From: Candidatus Eiseniibacteriota bacterium
GTDB lineage: Bacteria > Eisenbacteria > RBG-16-71-46 > CAZAMP01
Length of the DNA: 64,000 nt
Assembly: GCA_965224245.1 (NCBI GenBank)
Contig: OZ245046.1
Span: forward strand, 2,976,001-3,040,000
Direction of reading: 5' to 3'
Part shown: positions 57,797 through 64,000 of the stretch, piece by piece
Position numbering within the stretch: the stretch's first letter is position 1
Layout: every line of letters starts with the position of its first letter
Position numbers and translations under genes: made by a program
Notes under the pieces: model-generated
The model's input: the letters and a program-made list of their open reading frames with translations, nothing else
Database searches by the model: none
What the model was told of the DNA's origin: nothing

Positions 57797-59818
57797 TCAG
57801 CGGATGGTGATTCCGAGAATCCGGTCGCCGACGTCCAGGCCGTCCACCACGGCCATCCCGCCCTCGACGCGGGCGAACACGGGATATCGGCCGTCCAGCG
57901 CGGAGACCGACCGGAGCGTGATCAGGAAAGCCCCGCCCGGCCCGGCGGCGGTGGGATCCAGCGCGAGCACGCTGCCCCGGGCCGTCCGCGTGACGCTCGT
58001 GTCGTCGACGTGCGCGGGAGCGAGCGGCTCGACGCCTCCCCCGCCGATCACGACGGAATCGAGGAAGGCGCCCACGAACGGGGTACCGTCCAGATCACCC
58101 GCCGCGACCCGGGACGCGAAGCCGGCGACCGTGTGGGGCGCGTCGGCCCCCAGCAGGCGAAGCTGAACGTCGCCGTGCGTCGTGTGGATGCTGGCGACCC
58201 GCGGGAGTTGATCGGTGGCCGGCATCGTGCGCGTACGGCGTAGCCGCACGCCGTCGAGCGACACGCGATCGGGCACCTCGCACCCCAGTGGGCCGCGTGT
58301 CCCCGCGAGGTCTCGAGCATGCCACAGCCGCGCGAACGCGAGCCGGCGCACGGCGAGGCTCTCGTGATCCAGAAAACGCGGCAGCTCGCACAGCCCATCC
58401 GCCCGGTCGGCGAGCGCGCGGACGAGCGCCGCGGCGACCCGGGGCTCCAGCCGATCTCGATAGAGGGTCGCGAGAACCTCGCTCGCCGGGCCGGATCCCT
58501 GTGCGCGTCCCAACGCCTCGATCGTGGCCACGACGACACGACCGTCCGCATCCCGAAGACGATCGATCAGCGCCTCCACGAGCGCCGGGTCGCCGTCGGG
58601 GCCCTCGAACCGGAGTCGGGTCACGCAGAGGGGGAGCGCAGCGGGATCGTCGGCCGCGAGCCGCTCCACCAGATCGGCGCTCGGCGCCTCGTCCACGAGG
58701 ACCTCCGCACGAACGATCGCCGCGGAGTCCGCGCGCATCTCGCCCAGACGGGCCCGAGCGCCGGCCGACCCCGCACGCCGGAGCGCGGGGACGACCGCGG
58801 CCCGCACGACCCCCCGGGGATCGTGGGAGAGGCTCAGGAGATCGTCCAGCGGGACGACGACGCCGTCGTGCGCCGCGACGGTGGCGAGCGCCAGGCGGAC
58901 GGCGGGGGACGGGGAGTGGACGTACGGCAGCAGCGAGCCCGACGCGGCGGCGCCTGCCGCGCGCCCGGCCGCGAGGATCGCGGGAACCAGCACCGAGGGC
59001 TCCCACTCGGCCCCTCCGATACGATCGGTGAGCGCGCGCAACGCAGCGGGGTCCGGCGACGCGCCCAGCGCGCGGCACGCCTCCGCACGCACCCGGGGAT
59101 CGGGGTCGGAGAGGGCCGGGACCAGATCCGACGAGGACCCTCCGTGGGCACCGAGCGTCTCGACGGCGTGGGCCCGGACGATCGGATCGGGATCCCCGAG
59201 CCGCGCCAGCACGGCTTCACGCGACGCGTCGTCCCAGTGTCGGACGAGTCCGAGGACGGCCTCGGCGCGAACCCCCGCGTCTCGGTCCGAGAGCGCGGCC
59301 GTCAGGTGGGCGACGATCCGACTCTCGAGGCCGTCTCCGGCGGGCCCCACGTCCGGGGAGGCCGCGAGCGCGCGGAGCACGGCGGCACGCGCCGCCCCGT
59401 AGATCACAGCGGCCCCGGGTGAGCCGTCACCGAACGGGCGATCCAGGCGATCGGCCAGCACGAGCCCGATCTGGCGCCGCCGACGCGGCTCGCGCGTCCC
59501 GATGCGCTCGAGCGCGTAGGCAGCCGCCGCGGCGACCTCGGGATCTCGGTCGCCCACGAGCGCGATCATGGCATCCAGGGCGTCCTCGCCCCCCATGCGG
59601 GCGGCGGCACGGCACGCGCGCACGCGAACACCACCGGACGGATGGTCGACGAACGCGGCGAGGCCGGCATCGTGTCCCCATCCCGATCGCTCGATCCTGG
59701 CGATTCGCTCGAGGTCCGACGGCGCCTGGCAGGCACAGACCAGGGCGACGACGAGCCCGAGACCTGCTCGCGTCGCGCGGGCGAGCACCGGGGGAGCATC
59801 GCGGCACGTGCGGTCCAT
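57797..59818 (-). CDS. HEAT-repeat lipoprotein with C-terminal cyclophilin-like domain
   Basis: LVCAC lipobox; repeated D(P/R)DP.VRA HEAT units; TTHGDVQLRL..APHTV..LDGRYPVFARVEGGM cyclophilin fold; start at ATG 59818 inferred. Confidence 0.75.
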   Translation of the reverse strand: MDRTCRDAPPVLARATRAGLGLVVALVCACQAPSDLERIARIERSGWGHDAGLAAFVDHPSGGVRVRACRAAARMGGEDALDAMIALVGDRDPEVAAAAAYALERIGTREPRRRRQIGLVLADRLDRPFGDGSPGAAVIYGAARAAVLRALAASPDVGPAGDGLESRIVAHLTAALSDRDAGVRAEAVLGLVRHWDDASREAVLARLGDPDPIVRAHAVETLGAHGGSSSDLVPALSDPDPRVRAEACRALGASPDPAALRALTDRIGGAEWEPSVLVPAILAAGRAAGAAASGSLLPYVHSPSPAVRLALATVAAHDGVVVPLDDLLSLSHDPRGVVRAAVVPALRRAGSAGARARLGEMRADSAAIVRAEVLVDEAPSADLVERLAADDPAALPLCVTRLRFEGPDGDPALVEALIDRLRDADGRVVVATIEALGRAQGSGPASEVLATLYRDRLEPRVAAALVRALADRADGLCELPRFLDHESLAVRRLAFARLWHARDLAGTRGPLGCEVPDRVSLDGVRLRRTRTMPATDQLPRVASIHTTHGDVQLRLLGADAPHTVAGFASRVAAGDLDGTPFVGAFLDSVVIGGGGVEPLAPAHVDDTSVTRTARGSVLALDPTAAGPGGAFLITLRSVSALDGRYPVFARVEGGMAVVDGLDVGDRILGITIR

Positions 59819-59871
59819 CAGCAACGGGGCTCCTCCGGGGAGCGGCGCGTCGAGCCGCCCCCCGGGAGAGG

Positions 59872-62800
59872 TCAGTTCGACTCCGCCACGCGGGCGATCT
59901 TGCCTTGCTCGACGACCCGGGCGCCGTCGGGCTTCACGATCTCCAACCGATAGAAGTAGACGCCGCTCGCCACCAGATCGCCGTCCTCGTCCCGACCATC
60001 CCACGCGATGCGGTTCAGGTCCACAACGGGATCGGGTTGCTCGAGACGGCGGATCAGGCGCCCCGACAGCGTGTAGATCTTGACCGACGCGGACCGCGCC
60101 GCGCGCGTCACCCGGTAGAACACGTCGGTGTGGCGATCGAACGGATTCGGGAAGACGAAGTACCGCTCGAGCGAGAACGCGCCGACACTCTGCACCTCGA
60201 TCGACTCGGCGCGTTCCGAGGAGCCGGTCGACCAGCGGAGCCCGATCGCGTTGCTGCCGTGGTTGAGGACCTCGGACCCCAGGCCGGCCTCGACGACCCA
60301 GCCGAAGCTGGCCGCGCCCGCGACGATCCCGTCGTCCGCGGGGAGCTTGATCGCGTCCATCGGGTCGCCGTTCAGCGTCAGGTCGACCTCGTCGGCGCCC
60401 AGCCCCACCGGGCTGTCCAGCCGGGCGCGAATGACGGCCGTGGGCTCGATGAAGGACCCGGGCACGATCTCGCGCTCGTTGCCGTCGACGACCTCGTAGA
60501 AGCGAACGTCGACCACGGACGAGAGCGTCACCTCGCGAGGGCGACCGTAGAAGTCGGACACCTCGAACACGAGCTCGTAGTCGTCGGCCCGGAGCGGGGC
60601 GTCGTAGGCGAACGTCCACTCGCGCACGAGCCCCGAGAGCGGATCGACGCCGCTCTCGCGCCGCGTCACCGTGTACTCGCTCGGATCGAGCCAGTCGACG
60701 ACTCCGCCGGCACGCTCCCCGACGCGCACGTCCGCGGAGTCGATCGGCGCCTCGTCGAACACGTGGGCCGCGAAGTGCCGGAGCCGTGTGTCGGCGTCGG
60801 GACCGACCAGCTCGCTCCCGCTGGTGACCGGGTCGGGCGCACCGAGGTCGTCCCACGGCGCATCCCCGGCGTCCTGCCAGACGCGCAGCCGCGGCGGCGC
60901 GAAGTCGATGCGCGTGGCCGGATCACCGAGCGTCACGTACGACTCGACCATGCCGTCCAGCGTGCCCTCGCCTTCGGCCGCCAGGAGGTTCTTGGTCCCC
61001 AGCATGATCTCCCCGATAGTCAGGCCCGGATACCCGGTGTATTCGTCGGCCAGATACGGACGCGAGAACCACGACGAGAACACGGCCCGTTCGATGGGTG
61101 GGTTCGACGAGAGCCACTCGAACCCGCTGCTGGCCACGCTGGCCACGCCTCCGACCTCCGGCTTGGTCAGTAGCTGCTCGGCGATGCAGTCGCCGTCGCC
61201 GTTCTGTCCTTCCAGGCGGCTTCCGAACTCCGCCAGGTGACAGGCGAAGAAGAACCACACCGGGAGCCTGGCGTAGTTCTGGAGACGGTTCACGTCCTGG
61301 GCGAACCCGTCTCCTCCGCTCACGAACTGATTGACGATCAGCACCCACTCGTGGGCGGTCACCTTCCGGTTCCCGTGGCCGGAGAACGCAACGAACAGGT
61401 GCCCGCGGTTGACCGTATCCACGAACAGGCTGTCGAGGTTGAAGTCGTTGCGGAGGTGGCGGCGCGTGCAGGCCCAGTCGCAGCCGGGAGTCACGCAGTT
61501 CTCGGGATAGCCCGGCGTCCCGAATCCGCTGGTGTCGCGACCCAGTGCCGGTAGCCGGTCGATCAGGTCGGTCAGATAGAAGCGCTCGATGCCGAAGTCG
61601 GTGAACCCGGCGGCGCGAATCGTGTCGATCGCGGCCTCGTGGGTGCGGACAAACTCGAGCTCGCTCCGCTTGCAAGTGTAGCCGTCGGTGCCGCCGGTGC
61701 CGCCCAGTCCGCCCGAGTAGAAGTCGTCGGCGAAGAAGAGCCCCCGGTTACGCCACTCCTGGCTCTCGGGTGACGCCTGGAGATCGGTCTCGTAGCGGAT
61801 GATCTTCTCGGACATGGTCTCGGCCTCGGCCAACGATCCCGCCGGGAGCCGCCCCACCATCATCGAGTTGAACGTGTCGTCGTCCTCGACCCCGTCGGGA
61901 TCCTGGATGAACCAGTTGTCCGACTGGATGAAGGGCTTGGAGATGCCCGTGTCCGACACGTTGCCGAGCACGCTGAAGCTCGGGACGTAGTTGGGCTCGG
62001 CGGTGAAGGCGCCGGTCCCCGCGATGCGCGAGACCCCGTAGTAGTCCTCCGACGCGTCGCCGACCAGGAGGAGGTACTGGGGCGCCACGCCCCCCACGGC
62101 GGGCCGCATTCGATAGGCGAACCGCACGTACTCCCGGATCGCCTCGGGCGTGAAGAGCCCGCCCGCGAACTCGTCGTAGACGTCGCTGACGTTGGCCACC
62201 TCGCACCGGTGTCCCAGGCTCTGGCGATGCTGAACCAGGTCGTCGATCCCCGGAGCGAACGCGTCGTGGACCACGACGAGGTAGTCGGCATCGAGTGCGC
62301 CCGAGACCAGATCGGAGAGCGACGACGGCGTGTCCAGCTCGAGCGCCTCGTCGTCGATCTCGGGGATCCCCGCCACGGGCTGGACGACGTAGTCGCGCCG
62401 TCCGCCGACACTGGGGTCGTCGAACACGAGCGTGTTCCCCGCGCCCGCCTCGATGTCGAACCCGAAGAGGGACACCGGCAGATCGGGGTTGGTCGTGTCC
62501 AGGAGCACGACGTCGGCCGGGTTCGTCGTCGGCACGTTGCCGATCTGAAAGCGCACGTGGCCGGTGGCGATGTCGTTCGTGAAGTCGAGGTACCCGTCGT
62601 GCATGCGATAGAGCCGGCGATAGCCGGTCTCGAACCAGTTCACGGACATGTTCATGTTGGCCGGATCGGTGAGCGTCATGACCAGCTGATGGCGTCCGCT
62701 GCCGATGAACTCCGGTCTCAGCGTGAGCCCGCCGCTGTCGTACGTCTGCCGCGTGTCGCCCAGGAACGAGCGCGGCGTGGGGTCGAGGGGCCGGCCCATG

Positions 62801-64000
62801 TCGGTCGGGCTGTCTCCGATGACGATGAACGTCTGATACGTCTTGGCGTTCTGAAACAACCCGCGGTACTCGGCGCGGAATCCGAAGAGCGTGCCCGGCT
62901 CGGGATCGTGGACGTCGAACGGGAGGCGCAGTCCGTACTCGTCGGCGTCGATGAAGACCAGGTTCCAGTAGCTCATCAGCACGTGATCGACGCGCTGGCG
63001 CAGCCGGATGAGGTCGTCGTCGCGGAACGAGTACCAGTAGTAGTGTTCGTTCTCCTCGTGGTGCGTCCAGTGCGCGAACGACGTGGGCTCGGCGTCCGGG
63101 GTGCCGCTGGGCGCGACCGACCGGCTGGGCATGACCGACCCCTCGCCGGGGGCCACCGTGAGCCAGTAGACGTTCTCCGTGCCGTAGCGCGCCTCCGCCT
63201 CGGTGAAGTTCCGCTGCGTGGACGCGTCGCGACCGTAGAACACGAGGAAATCGTCGGCATCGAACATCCCGTCGGAGTCGACGTCGGTCACGCGGATCCC
63301 GATGGGTTCCCTCAGGAACGGGTTTCCGTCCACCTCGTCCAGCTCGGCGGGGTCGTAGGACCGGGAGGTCATCTGGAGATCGGAGAGCGCCGGCGTCTCG
63401 GTCCAGCCGATCGCGCGGAGCGACGCGTGGGATACCCGGACCAGCGCGTTGTCGTCGATGCGGATCTTCACCTCGGGGGCGCTCCCGAGCCGCCCGTGCC
63501 GCCGGAGCGCCGGAGACACCACCTGCGCGCGGCGGTGACGCCAGTGCCTGGCGTCCTCGTCGTTCAGGATGCGACCCCGATAGAACCGCTCGTCACCCCC
63601 TCCGGACGGAACCGAGGTGACCGCGACGCGGCGCGTGGGATCGGGCTCGAACCGCACCTCGAACACCACGCGACGCGTCACCACGAGAGCGGGATTCGCC
63701 CCGCCTCTCGTCCGGAACGGCGTCACCCGGACGCTCGCCACCGCTTGGTTGCGGATGTTGCCCGCCTCGCCGAGCATGGCCACCGAGGCCGGGTAGAGAT
63801 CGGACCGGTCGTACGTGGCGAGATCGGGATCGAAGGACTGCACGGGGGTCGGCATGCCGGCCGGATCGTCGGCCGGCAGGAAGCGTTCGGACGGAAACGG
63901 CGTCACCCGGACGCCGTCGATCTCCGCGAGGTCGGTCTCGAGCACGCGGACGCGGGCGAGCGTGTTGGCCGGAAGCCCGATCACGGTGGTGAAGACCGGG
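59872..64000 (-). CDS. C25 (gingipain/PorU-like) cysteine peptidase with C-terminal FlgD-Ig/T9SS-type domain; 5' end outside the window
   Basis: VYDEF, YLLLVGD, SDNWF, VGRLP, catalytic SGHG and FACH, LGDPA; C-terminal VFPNPF..KIYTLSGRLIR..WDGRDEDG..SGVYFY. Confidence 0.88.
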   Translation of the reverse strand, partial: PVFTTVIGLPANTLARVRVLETDLAEIDGVRVTPFPSERFLPADDPAGMPTPVQSFDPDLATYDRSDLYPASVAMLGEAGNIRNQAVASVRVTPFRTRGGANPALVVTRRVVFEVRFEPDPTRRVAVTSVPSGGGDERFYRGRILNDEDARHWRHRRAQVVSPALRRHGRLGSAPEVKIRIDDNALVRVSHASLRAIGWTETPALSDLQMTSRSYDPAELDEVDGNPFLREPIGIRVTDVDSDGMFDADDFLVFYGRDASTQRNFTEAEARYGTENVYWLTVAPGEGSVMPSRSVAPSGTPDAEPTSFAHWTHHEENEHYYWYSFRDDDLIRLRQRVDHVLMSYWNLVFIDADEYGLRLPFDVHDPEPGTLFGFRAEYRGLFQNAKTYQTFIVIGDSPTDMGRPLDPTPRSFLGDTRQTYDSGGLTLRPEFIGSGRHQLVMTLTDPANMNMSVNWFETGYRRLYRMHDGYLDFTNDIATGHVRFQIGNVPTTNPADVVLLDTTNPDLPVSLFGFDIEAGAGNTLVFDDPSVGGRRDYVVQPVAGIPEIDDEALELDTPSSLSDLVSGALDADYLVVVHDAFAPGIDDLVQHRQSLGHRCEVANVSDVYDEFAGGLFTPEAIREYVRFAYRMRPAVGGVAPQYLLLVGDASEDYYGVSRIAGTGAFTAEPNYVPSFSVLGNVSDTGISKPFIQSDNWFIQDPDGVEDDDTFNSMMVGRLPAGSLAEAETMSEKIIRYETDLQASPESQEWRNRGLFFADDFYSGGLGGTGGTDGYTCKRSELEFVRTHEAAIDTIRAAGFTDFGIERFYLTDLIDRLPALGRDTSGFGTPGYPENCVTPGCDWACTRRHLRNDFNLDSLFVDTVNRGHLFVAFSGHGNRKVTAHEWVLIVNQFVSGGDGFAQDVNRLQNYARLPVWFFFACHLAEFGSRLEGQNGDGDCIAEQLLTKPEVGGVASVASSGFEWLSSNPPIERAVFSSWFSRPYLADEYTGYPGLTIGEIMLGTKNLLAAEGEGTLDGMVESYVTLGDPATRIDFAPPRLRVWQDAGDAPWDDLGAPDPVTSGSELVGPDADTRLRHFAAHVFDEAPIDSADVRVGERAGGVVDWLDPSEYTVTRRESGVDPLSGLVREWTFAYDAPLRADDYELVFEVSDFYGRPREVTLSSVVDVRFYEVVDGNEREIVPGSFIEPTAVIRARLDSPVGLGADEVDLTLNGDPMDAIKLPADDGIVAGAASFGWVVEAGLGSEVLNHGSNAIGLRWSTGSSERAESIEVQSVGAFSLERYFVFPNPFDRHTDVFYRVTRAARSASVKIYTLSGRLIRRLEQPDPVVDLNRIAWDGRDEDGDLVASGVYFYRLEIVKPDGARVVEQGKIARVAESN

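Overview
GC-rich (~70%) bacterial chromosome segment, mostly minus-strand housekeeping operons: porX-like RR-rimI-accD-folC-ROK-lptD, nucleotide-sugar genes, pyrR-pyrB-pyrC, recO, apgM, ptsN-vanZ-aspS-phoH-pgpH-ybeY-CBS-CBS-DUF502, and HU. The PorX-like, C25/PorU-like and FlgD-type C-terminal-domain genes suggest an FCB-related, non-Bacteroidota lineage (inference). No rRNA, tRNA, CRISPR array or mobile element was recognised. Main observations: (1) a secreted tetraheme UshA-like selenoprotein gene hidden by an in-frame UGA (CGU motif plus SECIS-like hairpin), in tandem with its Cys (CGC) paralog; (2) a putative sigma54-driven operon of small secreted peptide + TPR/GAF-like enhancer-binding protein + TonB-like protein, resembling a peptide-signalling feedback loop; (3) a ~415-nt highly structured RNA candidate between pyrR and recO, with a near-consensus sigma54 promoter and its own terminator; (4) a HemC homolog lacking catalytic residues, just upstream of a histidine kinase; (5) a single-chain ECF sigma-Ser/Thr kinase-STAND ATPase-TPR fusion. 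All assignments come from reading motifs by eye; no database searches were run.
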